A stretch of DNA of 64,000 nt from Iphione sp. A-MEVVRFRX5 (GCA_976226885.1 OZ320313.1:57722001-57786000); one strand, 5' to 3'. Counted from the first letter of the stretch, positions 12,042 through 25,802 are shown. Notes: a model not told the origin generated them from the sequence alone. Translations and numbers: made by a program.

Positions 12042-14460
12042 TTAACGGGAAATATATCTTGATTTACCTCTATCTCGTCGTTATCATGATACAAATTGCC
12101 ATGCAACCATACTCATATCCAGGTACACTGTACCATGCAATTTGTTTCCTTATCTACAACTCAGTAACCGCAATTCTCTTCTTTTTACTTAGGTCAATTT
12201 CCACGAATGTGTTTTTGGTGTATGCATGTATGGAGCATAGAGAAAACATGAGATTTGTCCACGCCCCACTGCAAGGAGTGTTTCCTTAAGTGTATAAGTT
12301 TCCTTGTGAATCCATACATATCCTAAGTCCATCTGTGTTTATATATAAGCCTTGAAAGTGAGCCATAACTGTGGGCATTTGGTAAAATTGAGCTATAACC
12401 ATGGAAATTGTGCATTTTTGGGGTAGAAATTGGTTTAAATTGAGCTGTAACTGTGAAAACTGTATAGAAATTATGCAAATGACAGAGTATTGAGTAGATT
12501 TTAAGCATGTTTCTCTTAGCTGTAGCCTGACTCTTCGGGCGTCTCACAATGTGTATGACAAATTCAGACTGTGATATGGGGCCGGGACTCCCGGAGAAAC
12601 CAAATGATCGGACAAAAAGGGGAAAGGTGCGAAAGAATCATTATAATTATTCATATGATTAACCTTATCCTGGCATCACCTATTGGCGTGTCATCCACAT
12701 AAATTGTGCGAAAATATGGAGGTAGCGGGGATGTACTAGTGCATGTAGGTCAAATCACATATGCTTCGGAAATATGAGTTGTTGAATGCCTGATCTTTAT
12801 TGATATGTCAATTGTCTAGGGAAAATTAACCATGAACATATATCTATACGGTATGTACATGTATGCTTAAACATAGGGAAATATCACTATGTACATGGGA
12901 TTAAATGTCATTTGACCCTATTCCCGTCAGATTTCAATATCTCTTTATAATCTAAAGTAAAGAATGGTTATTGTTCTATGTTGTGTCTAACTTTAATTTA
13001 AATCTAAGCAGTTGTTCCATACAAAATCTTAGGGGGAAAATTGTTATGTGTTGTCTGCCGGGAGGCATTTGCCATCATTCGCACAGGAATGCTCGAAAGT
13101 ATTTGCCGTTGTTCTCTCAAGAATGCCTCGAGATATTATCTGCCAGGATAGGGTTAAAAGTGAACATGTTATGGATCCTTTAATTCATGCCAATTAAAGT
13201 AAAGACGTTGGCCTTTATCGCGACGCATCTCACTTTCTCTTTCTCTGTCTGTATATTTTGTCTCTTTCTTCTTTTACCTGTTAACGTCCTATACTCACGA
13301 GGGAGCTGCAGTTCCCTGCTTCTTCTATATATGTAAGTGACAGTGAAAGTGAAAGGATTTTTTTTTGCTTATTGAAAGGAAGTCCTGCTAGGAACATACA
13401 TGTACTAGGAACGGGAATCCACATCACAATGATACGACGAATCAACCCAATGCTAATACAATGTACATGTACATGTAAATATACTGTAAACAGACCTCAT
13501 TTTTAACTATGTATGCGATTCTAACGACAAATTGAAGTCATTTGAAATACAACAAACTAGATTATCCTATTGCATTTGTCTCTGCAGCATGTACGTAAGA
13601 AGTAATTTCTGTTCGAGTTTTGTAAAGGCGTCGGTTGATGCTGGGCTGGAAATAAGGCCATGTATGATTGGCTAAATTTATTCATCAGTCTATGCCAAAC
13701 ATACTTTTTATGGCAATATATTGTATAAAATGTGCCATTCGATTTCCAGTCACTCTCTCTCTATCATTTTGATATCTTTCATGCCAAGGAGGCTGCATGT
13801 ATATAAATTGTTGGGCAACTTTAAGATCACAGAATTCGGCCAAATTTCAACTGCATTCAATAAATTTCTCTATGTAGACGTTTCTATTTCCATGGAAATC
13901 ATCGAAAAGGGACATGTTATGCTTGTTGCTTGTACAGTGGTCATCAGATTAGCTTTCCACGGCCATAAAAGTATAGCTCATGGTAACACGTGTGCATGGA
14001 AACCTGACCTTATCTGCTATATATCATTCTTTGTAAGCCTCACGTGCGGCGCCTAGGAAAATTTCATACTAATTATCAGTCGCCTTCGTCGAAATATGGT
14101 GGTAGTAATTATCCTTGACACAAATGTTACGATTGTTTGGGCGTTACCGATACGCTGCATTTTGTTCTTCCCTTTAAATTCGTGTAGCTTGTGCTTCAAG
14201 TTATGAGACCTACTCCCTGAAGTCCCCTGCACCTTTACACCATTTTCAGTTTAAAATGTGCTCCTACTGGTTAAATTATCACTTTCGGCAACGTTTTATT
14301 TATAGCTACAAAAAAGGTCTATAGGTCATAGGAGTTTGTATAAACGCATAGGTATTTAGAGCGGGAGTGACGTGTTTTGAACTGAGAACTTGATAGAGAA
14401 GATGTCTTCTGAGTAGCAAATGCATTCACCTCACGGAAATAATTAACGAGCACACACTCC

Positions 14461-14466
14461 TTTATT
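14461..14466 (-). terminator. Candidate polyadenylation signal of the large minus-strand gene
   Basis: AATAAA on the minus strand about 290 nt after the stop codon; a second copy at 14295-14300. Confidence 0.5.
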
Positions 14467-14758
14467 ACAATATATTTAATGATTGTAACAAACTTTACAC
14501 ACATAAAAAACAGAAAACCAGCATGGTTATTTGGACACATTTAAATACTCTTAATACCTCGACATTCAGCACCATTTACAGAGGGGAATCTGAGGGACTT
14601 GATTATGGGAGATGGGCGCAGGATAAGGGGACAAAGAGAGAACACCTTGTGAAAAGGCTGAAGGTCTCTGTATCCTTGCACAATCCCCTGAGGGGATAGA
14701 TGGGGTGAGGGCATGGGGGAATATTAACAAGGCAAGACATTTACCCATCCATTCAGAA

Positions 14759-15150
14759 CTATACTTTCGTCTCGGTGTACTTAAAGTCGGAACTGAGCAG
14801 AGTGTCTGTTTTGGAGTAGTCAGACGGGTCGCCTGTACGCGTGCGCGTAGCGTACGCCTTAAAACCAGCGCTCTCGTTGTCGTCGCTGTCAGATTCATAG
14901 TCTTTGGCCGAGGCGCGGCTGCGCGTCGGACACGCGGGCGGCGCCGGGCTGATGTAGACGCGGTGCACAGGGAAATGGCGCCGCGTCTTGAGGAAGTGGA
15001 ACAGCACGACCCCGAGCACGTGGATGAGGAGCATTATGGCTACAGCACTGAACACGGCGTAGCCTGTCGTCAGCAGCGCGTCCGAGGCCGCCGTCAGGAA
15101 TGGCAAGAAGTCGCGGCCCAACTGCGACGAATAGAGCGCCGCCTTGTAAT
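14759..15150 (-). CDS. Terminal coding exon: TM5 and cytoplasmic tail ending YTETKV*
   Basis: Acceptor gctttttag|AT (phase 1); TM5 YAVFSAVAIMLLIHVLGVVLFHFL; TAG at 14759-14761. Confidence 0.9.
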
Positions 15151-15259
15151 CTAAAAAGCACAGAGCATCAAGATGGCATTAGTATGCGGCAGAATAAAAC
15201 ACATAACGACTTTACCAAAACTCAGTCCGAGTGCGCACTGAGCGCCAGAGCGAGCCGCC

Positions 15260-15263
<4 letters not shown>

Positions 15264-15305
<42 letters not shown>
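15264..15305. repeat. (GA)n microsatellite (intronic)
   Basis: Read directly from the sequence. Confidence 0.97.
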
Positions 15306-15308
<3 letters not shown>

Positions 15309-15534
15309 ACATTAAGTACCATGCATATTAAGGAGGGTTGTTGTCTCACGATAATGACGAAGCCATTAAACCAATCTACCACACACCACTGTATCAACTC
15401 CATCCATAAATAATCAAACGTATAGAAGTTTTCTCAATTTTGCGCATATACTCGCATATATACGAACATCAATTTACAACTTTTTCCCTGTATGGGTTCA
15501 ATGCATATAAATTTGCTTTTCACCGACTACTTAC

Positions 15535-15693
15535 CTGTATACAGCTGAGGTTGGATGGGAATGAAGTTGCATGGCAACACGGGAATTTCTAGCTGCATGG
15601 GCTCCATACTAACGTCACACGGCCGATTCCCTAATATGGACCTCTTCACTGTGCATGCCTCGGCAATATAATTCTTTACTAACCGAGTTTGTT
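15535..15693 (-). CDS. Coding exon, 159 nt (EQTRLVKNYIAEAC...PCNFIPIQPQLYT)
   Basis: ttttctcttcag|AA...ACAG|gtaagt; phase 1 to 1, open, bridges the flanking exons. Too short for the ORF track. Confidence 0.9.
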
Positions 15694-17138
15694 CTGAAGA
15701 GAAAATGCAGAGAAATGTATAAAAAGGTATAATATTAAAGATAAATGATCTACCCTAGCTATCATAGGATTATTTTTTGCATTTTAAATAAAAGGTACTT
15801 ACTACAAAGTAAAGAGATATATTTCTATGTTTCCTACAGTACTGCAGCTCGCTGTAACAACCCTCACAACACACCTATGGCATTCATTGGTTGATACTGA
15901 TACTCTTCAATAATAACACTCCGTTTCAGAAGTGTTTTAACCAATGGGACAAGACTTTAACCTAAATGCTGACACCAAGGTGATAAATATGGCCATATAC
16001 ATGTATCTCCCTGATACTTGTGGAAGCAGCATTTAACCCTGCCTTGACTAGCAAACTTCTCCATGTACGTGACTATAATTTTGTAGACCGTCACATGTGA
16101 AGCTATATATAAACAGCAATGTATTCCAAAGGCATGTTAGCATAGTCTTTTCTCGGCGCGAACATAAGTGAAAACATCTGTTTGCTGTTTCATCTCTCGT
16201 CTTTTATGCTCGCGCCGTGGCTTATTACATGCAAGTGTAGTTTGGTATTAGACTTTATGCGGACATGTGCGAGAGTGCATATACCTGAGTAGATGTAACT
16301 CTGGAACCTCATCTGGGTGCACTGAGCGGCGGACTAGCTGTGCGCCTGACAACTCCAGGGGCAGAGCAGCTCAATAATGCACGCCGAGGTGCTCGCAGGA
16401 GACGCCGAGTCGATGCCCCTGCGGTGGCACAGCGACGCCTGGTGGTTTATAATACATGAGGTGGCGCCACCGCTGCCGGCGCGCCGCTGGGAGTCAGCGT
16501 TTCTCCGAGCCTCGGCCGCCGACAGCCGGGTAACGTCCCACCCCCAAAATCGTCCGCCGAGACGCTGCCTAATGAGCTCATTCACATTCGGCCGTGCACG
16601 ATCAAAGAGCGTCTACCGACCGCCCCAGTGTGCCAACGTGACCTCTCCGAGACTTGCCCTCCAAATGGCAGGTCCACGCACTTTCAACCTGAGCCCCTCC
16701 CACCCTTCCAGTTCTGACGTCACTCTAGCCGGCGGTAGCTGCGCCTTTCTGCAGGTCAAGTTTGCACAGCATCTCTCATCCAATCGAATGACCCTGCGGT
16801 CATTTCGGTTGATACAGTTGGATGTTCATGTACCAAGGCTAACTACGCAAATTAGAGTTATGAATAATAGGCCACCCACGTCAGTTAAAGGTCTTAATTT
16901 GGATTGTTTGGCATTAAATCTTGGGAGTATTTTGAAACCCACACGTCCTGTCTCGATTGTTCTCAGGTTCAGGACATATTCTCCGTATAATAGGCATATC
17001 GAGCATCTTGTCAGAACATCGGTTGAAACTGATAAGCACTGATTGAAAAGACTATACCGACCTTGTCTCGATTCAAATGATACACAATGTTAACATTGTT
17101 ACCCCAGCTTTATCCTGTTTTTGAGTTTTTGTACTTAC

Positions 17139-18328
17139 CGGCGTTAAAGTATTGGAGCATGCTCTCAAGGTGGAGCAACTCTGAGCGCATCTGGGTCTCA
17201 TAGATTTTCATGGTGACCGTATTGAAATGCTCGGCCTGCGATTCAAGGTACCAATTGGTCTGGTTGACCTGCACCTCCAGGCCGGCGAGGAAGGCTCGAA
17301 AGCCGTCCACTTCCTCCAGGGTGTCTAGCGAGAACACGGCACACAAGACGCTGGCCACCACGTGGAAGAGCACAACTAGAACGAGCGCTATGAGCAGCTT
17401 GGGCACCACGCTGCTTTGAAGCATCTTGCCGCCGAACTGGCGGCAGATGTCCAGTTTTTGTCTCGTCCAGCTGTAGGGCTGGCGCACGCCCGCAGCCCCT
17501 GCAGACCCCGGTACGGTGGCCGTCCCTACAACACCGGCTTTCACTCCCACGCTACCGGGCCCACCGCCGGGGCCGCCGCCTCCCCGCACGTCGTTGTGGA
17601 TATAGGCCGGGTGGAGAGGCGTGCTGTTAACAGTCTTGGGCTGCAGCATCATGCTCTTCTGGCTGTCGAGGGTAGTGGCCGTGGAATAGTCCGTCAGCGT
17701 CGAGTCCATCGTGTCCTTACTGGGGTACCCAACCACTAAGTGGGGTGAGTGCGGTAATGTCGAGCCCGCACAACTAGTCCGCGCCTCAGCCACTGAGGGC
17801 GCCATGTGCTTGGCCTGATTGCGCAGGTTTTGTAGTTCATGCTCCTTGGCCGCCGGTGACCGCGGACCGCCGCCCCCGCTGACGGCCACCACACGTTGGC
17901 CCGGTCGGAGCGGTACGCTCTCCTCGAAGCCCCGACACATGGTGGTGGCCGTCATATAGGTGCGGCTTAAACGGTACAGCACGATCAACGCGTCCAGCAC
18001 CAGGAGGAGGATCTTGACAAGGTTCATGTCGATGCTGGCCAGGAAGTCGTCCACGGAGAAGGTTATGGCACGCGCTCCTTCCGATGAACGCTCCGATTTG
18101 GACAGAAACTTGTACTGCTCGTCAATGTGCGTCGAGCGGAAGGTCGGCCCGTCGATTGATTTGCCGGGCAGATGCGGAGCGAAGAACTTGCTCGAGTCGA
18201 GCATGAGTGGACGCAGTTTGGAAGAGAGGTTGAAGTTGGTGTCGCCGTCGGCCAGGTCACATTTGAGATGGCGGTGGTTGATCTTGGGCAGCGGCAACGC
18301 GGGAATCACTGGCATGTCGATATCATAC
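17139..18328 (-). CDS. Coding exon, 1190 nt: TM3, Gly/Pro/Ser-rich cytoplasmic loop, TM4
   Basis: gttcacag|G...GCCG|gtaagt; phase 2 to 1; matches ORF 17110-18315. Confidence 0.93.
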
Positions 18329-19534
18329 CTGTGAACAGACAGAAGGTGGTCGGCTAATATTCTAGAATTCTACCCTGGTACATAAAAAAACCAATGTCAA
18401 TGATTTACACGTCACATCAACGTATTGTTGTTTCCAGTAAGCTGTCCAGAGTCTTCGCTTACATTAATGCCAGTATTCAATAGATGCATTTTTGTGCGAG
18501 CATGTGGGAAGCAACCGGGGGAGTTATTTTTTAAACACCTCACCCCTGATGCTTGTGCATCTGTGTTCTTCCGCTGCTTGATGCTGCCGCTGATTGTGCC
18601 GTGCAAGTAATAATCATCTTTTGGAAATCAAGCTTAATCTGTGTAAACTGTGCCTTTTTTGCCATTTCCAACTGTGCCAAATCCACATCATTCTTGACTT
18701 TTGAACTGTGATGGAAACACTTTAACAATGATACACTCCCACTGTTTTGCCTTGTGAAAACACAACAGCAGAGCTGTAAAAATACATCCCTAAGGAAATT
18801 CAGTCTCTAAGGAAATTCAAAATTGAAAATGAAATTGAAAATGGACATCAACAGGATATAACTGAAGAACAGACATACTGCAGAAACCCCTTATACAATA
18901 TGTTACCATCTGCATACCATTTAATGCACGGGTATGAGATAATGTGTGAATTTTATAGCTATAGCTGCGAGTGTAAATGCAAGCGGTATTAAATATGAAG
19001 TACATGTATGCATAAATCATGTAATTCCGTTTGGACAACAACGTTATCCAGTAGATGTTAGTGAAAAATCAATTCACTTATCGCTTTTTGGATGATATCT
19101 CTGTCAACTGTCAAATACCATAGACATGCTTCCATCAAAAACAATCTACATGTTCCTTACGGCCCAGACAGTCATCTTTGGCCCATTTGAACTTCAGAAC
19201 AACTTTACTAAAAATACCCAACTTGCAGTGAATCACTGATAAATACCTTCTTCGTGTGTTTAAAAATATTTCATTCTATCTATAATATTACCAAAGAAAT
19301 TTAAGCTTTTCATTGACTCCAATGCTACATATGTTTTTTGTCTATAGTTTAAATTCCGGAAAGCTGCAATCTGGATGGCCAGTCATACTGTCACATCAAT
19401 AAAGGCGACTGGTGAATTGGTTGAAGTGATTCAAAGTGAATCGATTTCCGGTGCTCACTGTACATGCATATGCACTCACATACAACATTCTGCCATTACA
19501 ACAGAATTTGGGCCAATCTACGATGCAGTATTAC

Positions 19535-19879
19535 CTTTGCCAAAAGCGGATTGGCCAGAGTTGGACGGCCTCCACCTCCTCCACTTCCAAAAAGGCGGCG
19601 AAATCGACCACCGTACCAGATAGGTTGGCCTTTTTGAACACTTTAGAACGCCCGATGGCATAGTTGCTGTGGTTGTAGAGCAGCTGGGCAAATTTGAACC
19701 AGTCGTTGTCATAGATGCGCTTGAGGTAGCGGTGGTACTGCAGGAACTCGGAGCCAAGACGGGCGTCGAACTGGCTGTTGTAGGTGGCGGTGAAGTTTTC
19801 GATGAGCTTCTGATAGTCTGTCATGGCCCGCTTAACGTGTTCGTTCATGAAGAAGCTGATGGAGGACTCGTCTCCGTAC
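19535..19879 (-). CDS. Coding exon, 345 nt (helical extracellular loop)
   Basis: gtcttgaag|G...CAAAG|gtaata; phase 2 to 2; sequons NFT, NHS, NLS. Confidence 0.92.
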
Positions 19880-22164
19880 CTTCAAGACACAATATTCTTA
19901 TCAGACCTGATATGAAGTTCATAGACAATCACGCACTTTCGCTAGCGTTCTTCCTTTCTCCCTATCAATTTTCCCTTTTCCGTAATGAGGATAAGCAAAT
20001 TAAGTTTTCGTTGTCCCCAATTTAGCTGTTTTTGTAATCAGCTAAACAAAATTAAGGAAATTATGAAATTAAATTGTAGTAATTAATCGTAACCGAAAAA
20101 CAATTATCTGTAATCGCCAACACGGACAAATCATTGACAGGATAATTAAGCGATGTCTGTAATGGTATAGTTCTACAATATTGAGTTTTCAATACGAACA
20201 ATAAAAAACCCATAAAGAATCTCTTTATTCTTTTCTAGCATAGATGTAATTAAGCAATATGCAAATAATGGCATTTACATTCACGGAGAAAATACAAATC
20301 TGCACAATATCGCGTTGCCATGGTGGCTATGCATTATGCAGTCTGAAAGGAACATGTATCCCTTAGGCAAGAACACTTCTGCATTATTGATCGATCATTT
20401 AGGCAAATAACACAGACGAAAGCTACTTTCAAAACGAATTAGAAGAAAGAGGGACAATGCGAGTAACAGCACAAAAAAGGAAAATGGAATAAATATCAAC
20501 AAATGATGAATGGGCAGGGATGACATAGCTGGCCGCAAAGAATCAATGGGGAAAAACCTAATGATGGAACTGCTTCAGATAAACGACTTGATGATTGAGA
20601 GAAGCAAAGAAACCAGAAACATAGGTGACTGGGGAATGCAACAGAGAAAAGAAGAGGGGATGTGAGACTGAACGAGCCATGATGGAAACGCAGCCATTTG
20701 ACCGCATTGTAGCCGTGTGAGAAGAGCTAACCCTCTCGTGCAGCTGACAATATTCACACACTTTTACGGTCTGTCGGACCTTAGCCTGAGGTGTGTCACG
20801 CACCAACCCTAACTCACATATCATCCGAGACTGGCGACTACCCACTTAATGCTAGCTTCTTTGGACAATAAGAATCCTGATATGAATATATGTACCTTGT
20901 TCACTCGACGCCTTAGGTATAAAGCCTCATGTACATGGCCTACTCATCTAATTCGATAATTCAAAGTTCGAACTTAAAAGGCGTCCCAATGCACATTCCC
21001 ACTGTTGAATTTACATGATTACTTTGTTGGGCCGATGTAGTCTCGCCTGCCGCGCGTCCTTCCTCCAATCTCCACTCCTGTTGTTCTATTTGAAATGATT
21101 GCTTGCTATGAACGTTTTACGATTGATGGGGAATCACTTTTTGGGCTTATCTGTCGGCACAGCCCCTGAGATGGCTCCCTCCACAAGCCCTGGGACAGGC
21201 ATGACATCGAACACACCAACCTATTAAAAGCCGCATTGACATGCCATGTTCTTGTTCACCAGACAACGTAGCCAAGAACTGCACATTCACGCCAGAATCC
21301 TATGCATATTTTAACAAAGGACAGCTCTCATTTCCCTAAACAAATGAACCAAGCTGTTAGTCAAAATAGGACCACATCACTGAAATCCCATTACGGTAAG
21401 AACGAATTTATTTCATTGGACCCGATTTTGACGAACTGTAATCGAAAAGAAATTGATAATTTAATGTAATAAATAAAAAAACAACTCTAGGATATTTCCA
21501 TTTGAAACGCTTCCTGCTGAAGAAACCAAACCACTTCTCTTTTCCTCAGGAATTCTTGGATAAGTGAAAGTGCCTGACACACATCTGAGATAAACGCACA
21601 TTTGTAAGTGAAAGTGTTTTGTTGGTTACATAACAATTATGTTTTAACATAGCATTGATGAAGAGATGCATTGAAGAACACAGTCGGCAAATTCGGGGTA
21701 ACCTTTTGTAGTTGTGTCTGTTGAGATGCTCATTATTCCAATCGAAAAGAGCAATTGCCGTTCTATTCCATATAACGACAGCTTATAAGCTTTCGGCGAA
21801 ACAGCTTAAGAAAACATTGAGGGAAGTCACTTTCAAAAGCTTCTGTACAAAACTAACACTGTGCTGTACTGTTAGCGATAATAAACTCTCAAAGGATATA
21901 AATGAAAGGTGCCGAAAATAAATTTTAAAATGTGCGGATTAATACGAAAACATTACAAAGCAATTCCTCTTGTGCTAAAGGTGCTCAAGCAATAACGGAC
22001 CTGCATGCAGCGAACCCTTCAAAAGTTTCGCATAATCAGTAACACACAAAGATAAAATACAGTATCACGGGCTAAGAAAAATTGACAGAAAAGATACGAT
22101 TATCGTGATCCCTTAGGAAGACATATAAGCAGGTTGATACAATCGAAACGATGTGCCTACTTAC

Positions 22165-22963
22165 ATGTCTTGCCGGTGCTGGTTACTAGTGATGTTGTCC
22201 ATCTCAAACTGGATGGAGTCGAACAATTCCTCAATGTAGTGACTACATGCGCCCTGCATGCCTGTGACTAGTTTGGCTTGGCGCAGGAGCTCTCCCTGGC
22301 CGTAATTATCGATGCGTAGCGCCATCTCCTGGGACTCATTGTGCTTCCGCCATTGGTACTCGGGCAGGCGGGCGAGCGTGAGTAGGTCCACGCGCACGAA
22401 GAGCGCCAAGATGGCGAAGAAGACAGAGAAAGTGAAGAGGAGAGTGTAGAGAAGCCGCAGCAGCGTGTACAAGATGATAAACAGCAGCTGGCCTTGACTC
22501 AGATTACGGGCGGCCATGCAGTAGTCGCCAGGCTTGATACTTCGGCCGTTAGCACTCTCGTACACATTAATCTGGCTCTCCCTCTGCACTCGAGTCTTAC
22601 TGCATTCGAGGTAGGCGTAGATGAGAAGGAGCAGTCCCACAATGGCCGCCAATACGACGGCCAGGACAACTAGCAGGGCGCCCACTTGACGCGGTGTCCT
22701 CTCCGCCCCGACGAACTCAACGTGCCGCCCAACCGTATTCTGCTCGAACATGATGTGGGTGAGGTAGACACTGTAGCTACGGCTGGAGTCAGTCAGCATC
22801 ACGTCGAAAGTCTTGTCCGGCTTCTGGCCCCAGTTTGGCACCTTGAAGGTCACGCTGAAGTTACTCGGGCAGAAGATGAGCAGATCGTATCGGAACAGCT
22901 CTTCCAGATCAATACGGTTGTTGATAGTCACTCCTAGAAAACCCGGGCAATCCTCCATTCGAC
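22165..22963 (-). CDS. Coding exon, 799 nt: TM1 and TM2
   Basis: ctatcttcaag|GT...GACAT|gtaagt; phase 1 to 2; TM1 ALLVVLAVVLAAIVGLLLLIYAYL, TM2 LLFIILYTLLRLLYTLLFTFSVFFAILALFV. Confidence 0.93.
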
Positions 22964-23302
22964 CTTGAAGATAGAAGAGATTGTAGGGTGATATTTTATA
23001 CTTGGGCTGCTCGGTACATTCGAGCTGATTTTTGTCATGATGACTCCCTTTTAAAGTATAGGCATAATTTTTTCACACACGTATCGGTCTTACGAAATCA
23101 ATTCTAGTGAATCTGTGAACAAAGTTCTTTACATGCACTTGATACTGGACATGTAGAAATGTACTTCGTATCTCTAGAGGGACCAATGAAGACAACAAAC
23201 TTGAACTTCAGAAAATACGACTACAAGGAACTACAAACAGTCTACCTTGTAGAAACGTACACTTGTTGTTTTCTTCGTCGCTAAAGTTATTCAACAACTT
23301 AC

Positions 23303-23425
23303 CCGAGATGACGATGTTCCAGATCCTTCCTCCAGCCACTAATTCCAGTGTGGCGTTGAGGGAACCATCCGTGATGAGATTGGGACCATGGTCACGGAAA
23401 TACCATGGTAGGACGGATGTATTCC
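23303..23425 (-). CDS. Coding exon, 123 nt (GNTSVLPWYFRDHGP...RIWNIVIS)
   Basis: ttattctccag|GG...TCGG|gtaagt; phase 1 to 1, open. Confidence 0.9.
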
Positions 23426-23786
23426 CTGGAGAATAAGATCGAGCAACACGCTAAGAATAAGCTGTACATCCAATGCCATCACACTCAGAAAGAACAATTC
23501 TTTAAGAACTCGACTTTTTCTGCATCTGCCATTCATTAGAAGTGTTTTTTTTGAGAAAATAAATTTTTGGAGTGAGCGGGAGATCATGATGGGCCAATCA
23601 TGTCTTTATGAGACCACAATGTAGAAGACGCGCGTAAAAGAACGACGAGGAATTGCATGCTTTTTGGGGTGAAACTAAGCATTAAGAGCTGGAAGTCAGA
23701 CCAAGGAGCCATGTTTAGACCAAAGAAAATAGCCGAAGGGTAAGTGGGGAAGTGACAAGGGGTACAGGGAAGAGCGATTGTCCTAC

Positions 23787-24398
23787 CTGGAGCAAGGAAG
23801 CGGATATAGGGTGGGTTGTCGACTGACTTGAGGAAATAACGGAATGGCTCTCCCACATTCTCCATCATTACGTCCACGTTCTGCGAGTCGGTATTATAGT
23901 GTTTCTGCATGCTCTTGAACTTGTTGGCGTCTTTTTCACAGTCGTTGTCACGATCCCAGCTCGACGTGGAGTAGTCGAATGGCCGCCGGAATTGCGTCGA
24001 CGCGATGTGAATGTTGTGCGAGATCTCGTGCACGGTGACACGCTTCTTGCGGAAGTCCGCGTCTTGCTTCATGCTATGCACGGTGTAGTTCATGTCGCTG
24101 CTACTCGATATACTACTATCGGTCTCGCGGCCAACCATAATGAACTCATCGAAGATATTCAGGCCCGTGTTGTGCTCTATGGTAATGTAGTCGGCGATGA
24201 ACTCGCCGTGACTCTGGTACTGAAGGTCGTGCGCATATACTGTCTTCTGGACACGGGGTGTCTCAAAGTTGCGCTCAGGCAACATGATGTAGTAGAACAT
24301 TTTGTAAAGGATGCGCGGTTTCTTGTGCTTAATGTGGCACTGAAACTCCTGTTTAATATTCTGGAAGACCGGTTGAATGGTGTAGCGGTAAGCATCGC
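23787..24398 (-). CDS. Coding exon, 612 nt (ectodomain, contains RKKR)
   Basis: tacgtttcag|GC...CCAG|gtagga; phase 1 to 1; within ORF 23584-24438. Confidence 0.9.
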
Positions 24399-24947
24399 CT
24401 GAAACGTACAGCGCATACTTATAAAGATATATTTTCATGTAAGATTCTATATAGGGTGTATTAGTCTTATCAAATAATTAAATGCAAACCCAGTATCACG
24501 GTACCATTAATACCGCAAAGTATCATTATAAATCACAAGAAAGAATTATTGTGATGCATGAGGTAATAAAAAGACGGAACGGAGAAAAGTCTGTGAGGCC
24601 TTAGTGTTGTAACACGGTTTCCTTTTATCGAGTATCGCTAACATCACAGTCGCAACTAACCATGAAAGCGCAGCACGCTGCAAGCAGCGAAGCCAATCGC
24701 TGCAGATGAGCCATTGTCAATAAGCAGCCCAGAATAGTCTGATGAAAGAAGTAACAAGTGAGCAATGAGGAGAAAAAACATAAAGCCTTGAATGCACAAG
24801 CCCATACATCAGCACAGCGGGGTGCTTGCCGATGGAAGCACGAGTCTGGGCGCCTCCTTTACTAGGCAGTTGCGATTTATGTCCCACTGAGCTGGCCGCT
24901 AATATTGGGGGCGGGGTATTGGATGAGAATAGAAGGACTAGGCTTAC

Positions 24948-25052
24948 CCATGGCGCATTCTACAGGCGGACTGGTGCAATGGTCACTGGTTGCTTGCTTG
25001 CAGTCCCTCAGGGTGTAGCAGTCAATTTGACAGCACGTCTGATCAAAGATAT
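24948..25052 (-). CDS. Coding exon, 105 nt, Cys-rich (DIFDQTCCQIDCYTLRDCKQATSDHCTSPPVECAM)
   Basis: ttccttttgcag|AT...ATGG|gtaagc; phase 1 to 1. Confidence 0.9.
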
Positions 25053-25612
25053 CTGCAAAAGGAAACAAATACTGCATAGACCGTCAGGGAAAAGGAAAAG
25101 AAGTGTTATAGTAATGAAAGCTTCGCTTCAGGTCGCATTGACACAACATCTACAAAACGCCAGGTCTGACAGGAGAAGAAAACGATGTAGGCCCGTCTTT
25201 TAACACAGCAGCGAAATTGATCCCAACTTTTGACACGAATTTCGAGTTAATATTTCCTATTCAAGCCGCTTGCCTTAGCTTTATTGAACTTGTCTACAAT
25301 GAGTACAAAACACATTTATATAAAAATCGGAAAGAGTAAAAAATAAAGGATGATATTTGCAAAAGAGTAAAACTGAAAGAGATGTACACGCATCAGATAA
25401 CAAAAGAAGGCCAGAAAATGGAATTAAGATCAAGAAAATGTAGGATAGCATGTATCTAGGACTGGAAAGAAGAACGGAAGCTGAGGACGTTAAGAGTGTG
25501 AGGAGAAGCCAAGGAAGGAACGCAATCGCCTCTTTTAAAACAGCTCAGGCAGAGCTGTCCAGAACTCCTGCCCATCCAGCTGGCAGCTGTGCTGGCGAAT
25601 AGTCGAGCTTAC

Positions 25613-25802
25613 CGATTATCTTGCATCGGTGCTGACCCAAGCATTGATGGCATCGGGAGATGGCCGATTTGCACCTCCTCGGCTCGAAGTGGATGGGTTG
25701 CTCGGTGGTGTATGTCTGGTTAAAGACCTCTCGGAGCAGCTCCGTGTTCTGGGTGCATACAATGCTGTTGGCCGCCGGCTCAAGTGGCTCGGGAAAGGTG
25801 CC
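25613..25802 (-). CDS. Coding exon, 190 nt (GTFPEPLEP...RCHQCLGQHRCKII)
   Basis: ctttcttttag|GGC...ATCG|gtaagc; phase 0 to 1, open. Confidence 0.9.

Noticed and set aside
9306-15413. Short ORFs spanning (GA)n tracts (SLSLSL, ERERER)
   Set aside because: Microsatellite artefacts.
14705-24402. Plus-strand ORFs 14705-15154, 17210-17739, 17960-18334, 19669-20025, 22686-22937, 23899-24402
   Set aside because: Antisense shadows of GC-rich minus-strand exons; the minus strand has the splice sites and the coherent protein.
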